A DNA stretch of 64,000 nucleotides, taken from contig CAWCPV010000018.1 in the NCBI GenBank assembly GCA_963797555.1, forward strand, positions 1 to 64,000, in the 5' to 3' direction. The notes under the pieces were generated by a model. It saw only the letters and a program-made list of their open reading frames with translations, did not search any database and was not told the DNA's origin. How positions within the stretch are numbered: the stretch's first letter is position 1; every line of letters starts with the position of its first letter. This document shows positions 13,772-24,156 of the stretch, one piece after another. This DNA comes from an uncultured Gammaproteobacteria bacterium (lineage in GTDB: Bacteria; Pseudomonadota; Gammaproteobacteria; CAWCPV01). A program made the translations under genes and the position numbers.

Positions 13772-14922
13772 GTGCAGTGTCTCACAAATAGCTATGCACA
13801 GATCTGCTCCATCCGGTTTCGGGCCGCGACGATCTTGCGCAGGATGTCCTCGCCCTTGGCGTTCCAAACATAGCGCTTGGGGTGGGCGTTACGCTCAGCG
13901 AGAAAGGCGATGATAGCCTCGGCGAGCGCCTTGACGGAGCCAAAGCTGCCTTCGGCGAGAAAATCGCCCAGATCGCGGAAGAACCGCTCGACCAGATTCA
14001 TCCAGGACGAAGAGGTGGGGGTGAAGTGCAGGTGCATGCGCGGGTGCTTCGCGAGCCACGCCTTGACCGCCTGATGCTTGTGGGTGGCGTAATTGTCGAG
14101 GATAAGATGGAGGTCGAGGTCCTGGGGGGTTTCCCGGTCGATGCGGCGCAGAAACGCGAGCCACTCCTGATGGCGGTGCTTGCGCGCCAGGGCGGTGGTG
14201 AGCTTGCCCTCCAAGTAGTTGAGCGCCGCGAACAGGGTGAGCGTGCCGTGACGGATGTAGTCGTGGGTGCGCGTCCTGGGCAGCCCTGGCTGGGTGCGCT
14301 CCAGCGCCTGCATCTGGGTCTTCTCGTCGCAGCAGAGCACGACCGCCTTGTCCGGGGGCGCCAGATACAGCCCGATCACGTCCCAGAATTTCGCCTCAAA
14401 GTGCTTGTCCTTGGACAGCTTGAACTGGCGGTTCAGGTGCGGCTTGATGTCATTGGCCGCCCACAGCCGCTGCACACTCGCCTTCGAGATGCCCGCGGCG
14501 GCAGCCATGGTGCGGCAGCTCCAGCGCCCCAGATGCGCCGGCGGCTTACCGACCGTCTCCAGCACCCGCCTCACCTTCGTCTGCGAGAGCCTGGGCTTGC
14601 GCCCTCGTCCGGGCGCATCCGCCAGCCCCGCCAAGCTCCGCTGCCGATAGCGCCGGCACCACTGCCCGACGCTCGCCCGCGTGGTGCCCAGCTTCGCGGC
14701 GATGGCCTTCTGATCCAGTCCTTCAACAGCCAGCAGAATGATTCTGGCGCGCTGCCGATCCCGAACTGCCACCGTGTGCGAACGCACTCGACGCTGCAGC
14801 TCTTGCGCCTCTTCTGGCAATACCTCCAGGGACATCCTCCTCATGGCTCCCGCCTCCCAGTGCCCGTACTTCCAGTATGGCACCAGTCCGGCATAAGTAA
14901 AGGCATTTGTGAGACACTGCAC
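13772..14922 (-). mobile_element. IS630-family element A
   Basis: IRs GTGCAGTGTCTCACAAAT / ATTTGTGAGACACTGCAC, flanking TA duplication. Confidence 0.92.
13792..14844 (-). CDS. IS630 transposase
   Basis: HTH, CCDEK, THDYIRHGT, ILDNYATHK, TPTSSSWMNLVERFF. Confidence 0.9.
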   Translation of the reverse strand: MRRMSLEVLPEEAQELQRRVRSHTVAVRDRQRARIILLAVEGLDQKAIAAKLGTTRASVGQWCRRYRQRSLAGLADAPGRGRKPRLSQTKVRRVLETVGKPPAHLGRWSCRTMAAAAGISKASVQRLWAANDIKPHLNRQFKLSKDKHFEAKFWDVIGLYLAPPDKAVVLCCDEKTQMQALERTQPGLPRTRTHDYIRHGTLTLFAALNYLEGKLTTALARKHRHQEWLAFLRRIDRETPQDLDLHLILDNYATHKHQAVKAWLAKHPRMHLHFTPTSSSWMNLVERFFRDLGDFLAEGSFGSVKALAEAIIAFLAERNAHPKRYVWNAKGEDILRKIVAARNRMEQICA

Positions 14923-16359
14923 TAGGACCCACAACTTCGCGGGCGTCGTCATTGTAGTCTGACAAACCAACGCGCCCAATGCAACCAGGCACGCGACCGC
15001 CCCGGCCGCCGAAATCCAGCCGCGGCTGTTGTTATGACGCGCGCGCCGCACGTTGGCGGCGTTCACTGCGGCGAAGATCAGCAAGAACCCGGCGCTGCCC
15101 AGGGCGGCAATGCTCGTCAGGTCAAAAGCGTTGGCCACGAGCAGGGTCAACCCGGCGGTAATCAACAATCCTTCCACCGCCTCACCCCACACTTTCCGCT
15201 CCAGCATCGCCGGTAACTCGCCGTCGCGCGCCATGCTGTAACTCAAGCGCGCTGCCCCGTAGAGCGTGGCGTTGATAGCGGAAGCGGTCGACAACATGGC
15301 TGCGACGGCGATCAGCGTGAAGCCGGTCTGCCCGAGAAACGGCCGAGCCGCTTCTGCCAGGGCGTAATCCTTGGCCGCCACGATCCTGTCCACCGAAAGA
15401 TTGCCCACGGTGACGAGCGAGACCAGCACGTACAAAGCGATGACAGACCCGGCCGCGCGCGGCAGCGTCTGCGCCACGTCGCGCACGTCGCGCGCCGTGT
15501 TGGCGACCAGCTCGAACCCTTCGTACGCCAAAAAGATGATCATCCCGCCTGCGACCAACTGCAGCGGTGGGGACCAGGAGCCTGGCGCGATCTGGGACGT
15601 GTGCACACCGGCAAGACCGGCGCCGACGAACAACAGCAGGACCGCCAATTTCAGTCCCACGATCCAGTTCTCTTGCCTTGCCATGTTTAGTGCCCCCATC
15701 GCGGTTGCGATCGGCGAGCCGTAGGGAACCAGATTCTGGCGACGCATCGCACGCTGGCGCGCCACATCGAAGAGGCCCTCGCCCAGTGTCCCCCCTCGAC
15801 GCTGGGGCGGTGGTGCGGTTCCGCAGCCCCGCTTACAGTCCCGACACCGGAGGCTTCCACCCGGTGAAGGTCTGCCGTGAGGGCCGGCGGCCGGCTGCTG
15901 TATGTGACCGACTTCGCCTACGCCCGTCAACCCCCTTATGCCGAGCTCGTCAAGGAGCTCGACTTCGACTTCGGCCTGGGGCTGTTCCAGCACTTGGGGC
16001 GGGACTCCCCGTTGGCTCGAGGCCGGGATCTCTTCCATGACCACCCGACGGACGCCGGGAAGACGTTGCTGCGCCAATGACGTAGTGACGCCATACAATA
16101 GTTGCAGTAGCGTCCTGCGAATGGCTAAGCCGCCGGTTTGGACGGTACCCCCATGATGCGCGAAGGCCGCATGGCTATTACGTTTGACCGCGCGGCACCC
16201 AAAATAACCGTCAGTTGGTTGCCGCTGCTCCTTGGTCTTGCTGGCCGCCCTCGTCAGGGTCGCCTTGGCCCGAGCGGAATGATGGTCCATGAGCCATGGA
16301 CCTGGACCGGGCCGCCGTCCTTGCCGGTGCGCTCCTGGCGCTCCCGATGACCCCAGGCG

Positions 16360-16663
16360 GAGGATTGCCTGCTGGGCGGGCCGGTTCCTCGACGCCTGGT
16401 GTACGCGGACCCTGCGCTCGAAGATTGAGCCGACGAAGAAGCTGGCCAGGATGGCGCGCGGTCACAGGGCGCTTTTGCTCAACTGCTTCCGGGCCAAAGG
16501 ACAGCTTTCCAGCGGTGTCGTGGAGGGCTTCAACACCACAGCAAAACTGCCCTCCAGAAAATCCTTCGGTTTTCGGACCTATCATGGTGCTGAAATCGCC
16601 TTGCATCATGCACTCGGCGCTCTACCCGAGCCGGAGTTCACCCACAGATTCTGCTGACGAGCC
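16360..16663 (+). pseudogene. ISL3-family transposase C-terminal remnant with IS end
   Basis: SSGVVEGFN...RKSFGFRT...LPEPEFTHRFC followed by terminal GAGCC. Confidence 0.75.
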
Positions 16664-16722
16664 AAAACTCGAATGGATGGAATGCCCGTATCGCCGGCCT
16701 GTAGCACCGGTCCGATGCGCCG

Positions 16723-17220
16723 CTAGAAGATCGGCACCAGCTTGTAGCCCTGGGTTTGCCAGCCGATCAGCGAAACGAAGCCGTCCTCCACGATTTTCAC
16801 TTCAGGCAGTACGGTATCGTTGGCCACGTTGAACCCCTGGGTGGACAGGGCGCATACCTCCAGCCGAACGCCCAGCTTGTGCAGGGCGCGTATGGCATCG
16901 GCGATCGATTTCAGGCTTTCCTCGTGCTCCATCGCCAGCGCCGGCTCGGGCTTGGTGGTCAGGAAACGGACCGTGGGGCCGATGAATACAATCACCATAT
17001 CCGGCTTCACCTGCTGGCGTACCAGCCTTTCGTGCGTGTCATGGATGACGCGGAGGTAGAGGGCAGTTTTCTTGGGACTGTCGAGAGCGACCAGAAAGAC
17101 GGCCTTGGCTTCCTTGACTCCTTTCAATGCGTCGGCATTGCCGATTTCCTCCGCGAGGACGACTGAATGGAAAAGAAGGCCGGCGAACAGCAGGGCTAGA
17201 AGTCTGAAGGTGGCAAGCAT
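16723..17220 (-). CDS. DsrE/DsrF-like exported protein
   Basis: Signal peptide; [30 protein letters not shown]. Confidence 0.75.
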   Translation of the reverse strand: MLATFRLLALLFAGLLFHSVVLAEEIGNADALKGVKEAKAVFLVALDSPKKTALYLRVIHDTHERLVRQQVKPDMVIVFIGPTVRFLTTKPEPALAMEHEESLKSIADAIRALHKLGVRLEVCALSTQGFNVANDTVLPEVKIVEDGFVSLIGWQTQGYKLVPIF

Positions 17221-17280
17221 TTCGGCTTCCTCATCGTCTGGGGTGGTGACTGCCAAATTGCGGGTTTACTGGAAAACCGC

Positions 17281-17465
17281 ATGCCGAGTGTGTTCATCAC
17301 GGGTGCCAACCGGGGCCTGGGGCTGGAATGGGCGCGGCAATATACCGTGGCAGGGTGGCGGGTCCATGCCAGCTGCAGTTATCCCGAAGCAGCACACGGA
17401 CTGCGAGCGCTTGCCGCCGGGCACGCTTCGCTCACGCTGCATCGTCCGGATGTCACCGATGTCCA
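17281..17465 (+). pseudogene. SDR oxidoreductase N-terminal remnant
   Basis: [21 protein letters not shown] Rossmann motif, then breaks off. Confidence 0.7.
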
Positions 17466-17539
17466 TCAACAAAGACGCCCTTCCGGCGTCCTGCGGACGA
17501 CCCGTCTCGTTTCCGACCAGACGGTTGCCCCCGATACGG

Positions 17540-17810
17540 CCGGTTATCCCATCGCCTCGGGGGTCATTGAAGGGGCCTGGCGCTGTGTGGTCAACGACCG
17601 CATGGAGCGCTCCGGCATGCGTTGGGTCCTCGAGGGCGCCCACGCCACGCTCGGGCTGCGCAGGATTTCCCTCAGCAGCCTGTAGGACGAGTTGATGACC
17701 TTTCGCATCACGCAAGAATCCCAGCGCCTATACCCCTATCGTGCGGCGAACGACCCGGACATGAACTTCCCGTGTGCCGCTTAAGAGCCGCGGGAGGCGG
17801 ATTGCACCCC
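17540..17810 (+). pseudogene. Transposase C-terminal remnant (ISKra4/ISLre2-like)
   Basis: [27 protein letters not shown] motif. Confidence 0.65.
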
Positions 17811-17857
17811 AGCACCCCCGCATGGAGAGGTGAGGCTTTTTGAATAAGCTCTCACTT

Positions 17858-18088
17858 CTAGTTGCGGGGTGAAGGCACCGGCGCAGTGGCCGGGTCCTTG
17901 CCCTTCTCGGACTGCCCAAAGTTATGCATCTTCTCCTTGGCCTTGTTCTCGTCCTGCTTCATCTTGTCCTTGTCTACCGTGAACGTGACGTTGGATTTGT
18001 CCGACGAGACGTGGAACCACTTCAGGTAAAAGCCCACGCCAACCGCGGCGACCACGACGAGAATCAGCACCATCAGCAAGCGGCTCAT
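17858..18088 (-). CDS. Small single-pass membrane protein
   Basis: Good RBS (AAGGAGAG), N-terminal TM helix, Lys/Glu-rich tail. Confidence 0.7.
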   Translation of the reverse strand: MSRLLMVLILVVVAAVGVGFYLKWFHVSSDKSNVTFTVDKDKMKQDENKAKEKMHNFGQSEKGKDPATAPVPSPRN

Positions 18089-18171
18089 CGATCTCTCCTT
18101 GAAAGGTGGGGGAATGGTTTGAACGGCGTTCGGAGACGGTTGTTCATTAAGCCGTGTGGAATCCAGTGCGA

Positions 18172-18323
18172 TTAGATCTTGCCCATAAGCACGAGCACGG
18201 CCACGAGCACCAGCCCTAGGGCGCCGCTGGGACCATACCCCACTGACGGCTGTGACCCCACAGCGGCAGAACGCCCAAAAGCAGCAGGACCAGAACCATC
18301 AGAAGGATCAAACCGATTGACAT
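18172..18323 (-). pseudogene. DUF3309-family small membrane protein, frameshifted
   Basis: MSIGLILLMVLVLLLLGVLPLWGHSRQWG then YGPSGALGLVLV..LMGKI in a shifted frame. Confidence 0.75.
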
Positions 18324-18414
18324 GAGAGACCCCTTTCGATGGTCTGGGATTTGGCGCCGACCGCCGCCGTGAACGTCACGGCGGGCGCCTGAGCGGTTGG
18401 TCTGACTGCCCGCA

Positions 18415-18485
18415 CCCGCCAAAGGGCATGCGGTGCGAGCACCCCGTGATAGCGATGGCGGTGGAGGCGCGGCGGCGTGAGGCGG
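18415..18485 (-). pseudogene. IS91/ISCR transposase micro-remnant
   Basis: PPRLHRHRYHGVLAPHALWR motif. Confidence 0.6.
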
Positions 18486-18732
18486 GGCTGTCTTGTCCCA
18501 TCGGGCGGAGCTTTGGGCAAGCGGGTAGATTCGGGGCCTGTCCCTACGCCTGCGCTAAGCGCTCCAGGGCAAACCGCGGTCGGGTGCAATAGCGCAGCCG
18601 CCGCTCCAGCCCCGCACGGTCGTGGGCCTCCACTCGGATGGAGGCATTCACCGAGAAGCCGCCGCCAACGATCCTCCTGCGCCAGTGGAGCTACGCCCAT
18701 GCCAAGGTGAAATAGGTGAAGTATAAGGAGTA

Positions 18733-18890
18733 AAGGATAGGAAATTGAACGGCCTTAGCACGGGAGAAGTTTAGAGGGCGGGCGCGGAGCGGTCAAGGCT
18801 CCGCGGGAGCGGTGAACGTCGCAAGGGCGGTTTGGAGTGCCCGAGGTCGGCCAAGCCGACCCAAGGGGGGTAGGTTTGGGGTTGCGGTTG
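18733..18890 (-). mobile_element. IS91/ISCR oriIS-like end remnant
   Basis: Minus strand ends ...GTTCAATTTCCTATCC; similar to 23097-23260 in inverted orientation. Confidence 0.55.
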
Positions 18891-19133
18891 GGGGGCTCCC
18901 GGCGAACGCTGCCCTGCCCCTTGGGGACAGGCTGCGCGGCGATCATCAGCGCCACCGTGGGTGCGCTGGTACTCCTAACCCGACTTCGCGGATTCGCACG
19001 GCGATTGGCCCGCTGGCCAGGGGTAAGTGATTGTTTGTGGGGACCGTGGTGAGCCAAAAAGGGTTGAAACGCGCTGTAGTGAAGACCTTGCTTGTTTTCA
19101 AGGGGAAAAATCTGCGGATAATGATGTTCCATC

Positions 19134-22100
19134 ATGTTTCTACGGGCCACGACTCGGAAGAAAGACGGCAAGGAGCACCGTTACTGGAGTATTGTCGAGA
19201 ATAGGCGCCTGAGCGGTGGGCGCGTGCTGCAACGGCATGTGCTGTATTTGGGTGAGATCAACCTGGATCCGTGACTTGAATCTCCGAGCGCCCGGGGCGC
19301 GAGAGAATGGGAGCTATTCTCAGTTGAGTTGGTTAGTTTTTAGCCAACCGGTGACGCCGGCTATGTACAGCGGGCGTAGACCCTCGTCGGCGCAGGAGTG
19401 ACGGCGGGGCTTTGAGGCTTGGACGCTGAATTTCGGGCGTAGGTTTACACCGGGGTCTGGTGAGGCCCGGGTCGAGTTTCTATGGAGGTCGTCCTAGCTA
19501 CCCGAAGGCGAGTTGGTAATACACCTGCTCGAAGGCGCGGAAGCCGGGACAGAGCCGGCTGAAGCGCAGCTTCAGTCTGCGGGCGGTGGCGACCAACCGG
19601 GCGGCGAGGTACATCAGTTCCTGGAGGACGGTCTTGATCCGCCGGCGCTTGGCCGGATGGCGCAGGGGAGCCGACTCGCCGGTCAGCCCGATGAGCCCGA
19701 TGAAGCGCAGGATGTTGTAGGCGAACACGGCAAAGGCGAGCACCAGGTCATTGGTGTCGAATTTCCCGGAGGGCAGCCGTTCGATATCGAGGTCGGTCTT
19801 GAACTCGCTGTGGAACTGCTCGGAGGTCCCGGTACAGGGCGACGATCTCCGCGTCCGGATAGGCGAGCGAGGTCCACCAGCCATCGAGCTCCAGCTCCGG
19901 TACCAACAGCGCCTGGCCCTTCTTGTCGATGGTGCGCTCGGTCACCCGCATCACCCGGCGAACGTGGTAGGTGTGCTCCCGATGGGGGTGCTCCTCGACG
20001 ACGCTGAACAGCGCCACGCGCTTGCCGGGTCGGGGTGTCTCCCATGCCCCTTGGCGCTCGGCGCGCTCCAGCCAATGGGCAGGGTCCTCGCCCCGAGGGT
20101 TCCACTGGATAATGAAGTCCACCTCCTCTTCGAGGTAGCGCAGCCGGTTCTCCAAGGCGTCGTGGGCGCTGTCCTGGCGCACCAGCAGCGGCAGTTTGGT
20201 CAGGCGCCTGGCCCGCGGCAGGATGCGCTCCCAGACCTAGCCGAATTCCTTCTGACTGTGCTGCTTGCCTTCTCGCAGCTCACAGCCGACGCACCACCCT
20301 TCGGTTCCCACGTAGGTCGCGATCGGCGCATAACCGTCATAGCCGTGGTAGGTGCGCGAGACTCCTTCTTGCTTGGTCCCGGAGTTGTCCATGGGAAAGA
20401 CATCGATGTCCACCGGCACATGACCGGTCTTGAGCGCACTGACCGGTGCCTTGGCGTTGACCATGAACTCGATATCGGCCTCGTCAATGACCTTACCCGC
20501 AGGACCGCTGCGTGCTCGTCGAGACGCTGCCTCAGCGTTTCTGGCGAGGGTACCCGCTCCAGCCCCAACGCCTGGCGGAAGAAATCGTCCTCTCGGACGT
20601 TGGAGACCGCTTCGAAGTCGCTCTTGCCCAAACACATCAACCCCAGATAGCTCTTGGCTACGTCTTCATGGGAGATGCCGTGGCGTAGCGGGATCGCCTG
20701 CTTCAGCGCCTTGCCCAACCCGCTAAAGCGGTTGACGCAAAGACCGACCAAGGCCAGACCAGAATGGGAGGTGTAAAATTCCTCATCGGACTGCTCCAAG
20801 ATGAACCGCTTCATCGTTCACCTGCCGGGTGAGCTGGAGTGCGGCCCGATTTTAGCTGAACTGCAATGATAAATCAGCAGGTTGCGGCCATCCGCTGAGA
20901 CGCGAAGTCACGGAATCAGGATCAACTCCTCGCAGGAGTTGGCGTGGCGCAAATCCATTGAGGTGTTCGAAGACGGGGCGCTGACACCGCGCACGATGTC
21001 GTTGTTTCCCGAGGAGCGATCTGAAGAGCTGTCGAGGGATGCTTCGGTGGTACGTTTGCGGCTGAAAGAATTGCGGCTGTGCCGACCGCGGCAGTGGGGT
21101 GCGTGTTGGCTGGCGCTGCAACTGTGGGAGGAATTGCAGTTAGATCGCTTCTGGTGGGAACGGTTAACGCCGAGTCGCAAGGGCACTCGGTGGGATCAGG
21201 TGTTATTCGTGCTCGTGGCCTATCGGTTGCTGGCACCGGGCAGCGAGTGGCGGTTGCACCGGGAGTGGTTTGGCCGTACGGCCTTGACGGATTTGCTCGG
21301 AGCGGATGCGGCGCTCTCCGACAGCCACCGGCTGTATGTCTGTCACGACCGCTTGCTGGAGCACAAGGCGGCGGTCTTTGACCATCTGGTGCGGCGGTGG
21401 CGGGATCTGTTCAATGCCACCTTCGAGGTGCTGCTCTACGACCTCACGAGCACCTACTTTGAGTGTGAGCCCCCGCAGTCGGAGCAGGACAAACGACGAT
21501 TCGGCCACTCGCGCGATAAGCGCAGGGACTGTGTGCAGGTGGTGATCGCCTGGGTGGTGACCCCGGAAGGCTTGCCCTTGGCCTATGAAGTGTTGGCGGG
21601 CAATACGGCCGACAAGACGACGTTGAAGGAGTTCCTCGCGCGCATTGAGCGTCAGTACGGAAGAGCGCAGCGGATTTGGGTGATGGACCGCGGCATTCCG
21701 ACCGAAGCGGTGCTGGAAGAGATGCGCGCAAGTCGCCCGCCAGTGCACTGACCTGGTGGGCACGCCCAAGGGGCGGCTCAGCAAATTGGAGAGCGCGCTG
21801 CTGCTCAAGCCGTGGCGGGAAGCGCGCCCCGGCGTAGCCGTGAAACTGTTGGCGCAGGATGGGGAGCTGTATGTGTACGCGCAAAGTGAACAGCGCGTGG
21901 CGAAGGAGCGTGCGATACGACGGCGCAAGCTGAAGTGGTTATGGGCGCGGTTGAAGAAACTCGCGACCATGCAGCTCACCCGCGAGCAACTGCTGATGAA
22001 GCTCGGTGCGGCGCGCCAACACGGCCCGGCGGTATGGCGCTTGGTTCAACTGGAGGTCGACCCCAAGGACGCCACGTTTAGCTACCGCCTGCGCCGCGAT

Positions 22101-22574
22101 AAGCTGCGTGAAGTGCGCCGGCGCGAAGGACGGTATCTGCTGCGCACCAATCTCACCGACACCGATCCCGCCAAGCTATGGGGGTTTTACCTGCAACTGG
22201 TGGCGGTGGAAGAAGCATTCAAGAATCTCAAGGGGGATTTGGCCATTCGGCCAATCTTTCATCAACACATCGAGCGTATCGAAGCCCATATCTTCATTGC
22301 CTTTCTTGCCTATTGTCTGCATGTCACGCTCGGGCGACGTTTGCATGCGCTCGCGCCTGGATTAACCACGCGCAGCGTGCTGGAGAAATTCGCCGCCGTG
22401 CAGATGGTCGACGCACAGGTGCCGACCACCGATGGGCGCGAATTGACGTTCACCCGCTACACCCAACCTGAGCCAGAACTGCAACTGCTCCTCGCGCAGT
22501 TGAAGCTCGAACTGCCCGCACCACCAGCTCCGAAAATCAGCACCGCCCACACTGCCTCAGCCGCCGCGATGTAG
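19134..22574 (+). pseudogene. IS1634 transposase, interrupted and frameshifted
   Basis: MFLRATTRKKDGKEHRYWSIVENRR...LYLGEIN | SSQELAW..., LLYDLTSTYFE, VMDRGI, VEEAFKNLK. Confidence 0.88.
19262..20920 (-). mobile_element. IS1380-family element, copy 1 (defective transposase)
   Basis: Ends CCTGGATCCGTGAC / GTCACGGAATCAGG; 5-bp TSD ATCAA; DIDVFPMDNS, SEQFHSEFKTDLDIERLPSGKF motifs in broken frames. Confidence 0.92.
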
Positions 22575-22699
22575 TGCAGACCTTGCCAGGCGCCCTCTCG
22601 CAATTTCAACCACTTACGCTATCCCTACCCCGCGAATCCGCGAAGTCGGGCTAATTTTCTTATCAGGCTCGTTCGTGACGGAGGCGGATGGCGAGGGCG

Positions 22700-23095
22700 T
22701 TCGGGAGGAAGTTGGTGGAGACGCCAAGGTGGTCAATGCCCGCCATGTCAAGCAGGTCCCGGGACACAAGACCGACACCGGTGATGCCCAGTGGCTGGCC
22801 ATGCTGGCTTGGGCCGGTTTGTCGCACGGCTCTTTCGCCCCCCGGCCAAACTGCGCGAGTTGCGCCTGATCTCCCGGCAGCGCCAGAAGCTGGTCGGGCT
22901 TGCCTCGGAGAAGAACCGGCTGCACAAGGTGCGAACCTTCGGCGGCATCCGTCTGGGGGTAGTGGTCAGCGATGTTCACGGCCAATCGGCCCGCGCCATG
23001 GTGAAGGCTCTGATTCAGGAGGCCGCTCCCAACGAGGTCCTGCCGTTGGCCAGCCGCCGCCTGAAGGCCGGCCGGGAGGCACTGTTCAACGCCCT
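22700..23095 (+). pseudogene. IS110-family transposase remnant
   Basis: VVNARHVKQVPGHKTDTGDAQWLA; LRELRLISRQR..EKNRLHKV. Confidence 0.75.
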
Positions 23096-23096
23096 G

Positions 23097-23260
23097 CAAC
23101 CCCCAGCCACCCCCTTGGGCACGTGCGGTCGGCCTCGGGCAGTCAAATCCGCCCCGCGGACCTGCGCCGAGCCCCCCGAAGCTCGCCTGGGGTTGACAGG
23201 TCCGCGCCCCAAGACTACCCTTCTCCTCCGAAGTAACTTGGTTGAATTTCTTCCTATCCT
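23097..23260 (+). mobile_element. IS91/ISCR oriIS-like end remnant
   Basis: Ends GGTTGAATTTCTTCCTATCC; related to 18733-18890. Confidence 0.55.
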
Positions 23261-23275
23261 ATCGGGAGATAGATC

Positions 23276-23440
23276 ATGTCGCTCGGACTCATACTCATCA
23301 TCCTCCTCGTCATCTTCTTGCTTGGTGGCTTCAGTGGCCGTTTCGGCGGCTACGGCTACGGCTACGGTAACGGCGGCATCGGCATCATCGGCATCATCCT
23401 GATCATCCTCGTCGTACTGGTTCTCACGGGTCGGCTTTGA
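23276..23440 (+). CDS. DUF3309-family small membrane protein (54 aa, below ORF track cutoff)
   Basis: GGAG RBS; MSLGLILIILLVIFLLGGFSGRFGGYGYGYGNGGIGIIGIILIILVVLVLTGRL*. Confidence 0.85.
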   Translation: MSLGLILIILLVIFLLGGFSGRFGGYGYGYGNGGIGIIGIILIILVVLVLTGRL

Positions 23441-23613
23441 TCTGGCAGGCGGAATGTCGAACGCTGCAGCTTGAAGAAGTGTCACCTCGGCGCCAGTGAA
23501 GATAGAACTTGCCCCCTTCTTCGCGGGACTCGATCAACTGGTTTCAGGCGGGGGCGGAACCGGTACGCGGGGCTCGCGTTAATGTATCCGAGACCAGGAA
23601 GGAGGAGTGATTC

Positions 23614-23814
23614 ATGAACTGGGATCAAATCGAAGGAAACTGGAAGCAGTTCAAAGGCAAGGTTAGGTCGCAGTGGGGCAAGCTGACTGATGACGATGTT
23701 GATCTCGTCAACGGCAAGCGCAGCGAACTGCTCGGTCTTCTTCAGACGCATTACGGCCACGCCAAGGAGCAGGCCGAGCGCGAAATCGATCTGTGGACCA
23801 ATCAGTTCAAGTAG
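23614..23814 (+). CDS. CsbD-family stress protein
   Basis: MNWDQIEGNWKQFKGKV..WGKLTDDD signature; strong RBS. Confidence 0.93.
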   Translation: MNWDQIEGNWKQFKGKVRSQWGKLTDDDVDLVNGKRSELLGLLQTHYGHAKEQAEREIDLWTNQFK

Positions 23815-24156
23815 ATAGAGGTAAGGCCGGTCCGCTTGCCTCGCGCGTCATGCCGTAGCCGCGGTGCTCCGTTATGTAGCCATTTTCGGTCCTGGCTGCG
23901 AACGCTGCATCGCGACGGCCGAGACGGTTCAGACGGAAGCGACAATCTCGGCGTTCCGGTCACCATCGAAAAGGTGACCGACTGCGCGGCCATTGCCGGC
24001 CAGGGCATCGCCTCGACGCCCGGGATCGTCATCGACCGGAAGGTGGTGCGGGCGGGCGGTTGCCGACGTCGGAAGACCTCGCCCCATGGCTGGCAGCTTA
24101 GGATAGTCTGCAAACCAATGACTCGGAATCCCGGTCATCGAACTGGAGGACAAAAG

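Larger units (their letters stand above)
13695..15720 (-). pseudogene. APC-family amino acid permease, 5'-truncated and split by IS630
   Basis: IFLAYEGFELVAN, AMLSTASAINATLYGAARL; reading frame resumes (VLAGMVALAV..) after the IS. Confidence 0.8.
18979..22650 (+). mobile_element. IS1634-family element carrying a nested IS1380
   Basis: IRs CCCGACTTCGCGGATTCGC / GCGAATCCGCGAAGTCGGG, flanked by CTAA on both sides. Confidence 0.88.

Noticed and set aside
13792-16290. 832-aa permease-transposase fusion ORF
   Set aside because: Chance in-frame read-through from a broken permease into an inserted IS630 with clear IRs and TA duplication.
23836-24156. N-terminal extension of the 475-aa ORF
   Set aside because: Contains a degraded thioredoxin-like fragment; the RBS and signal peptide indicate a start at 24157.
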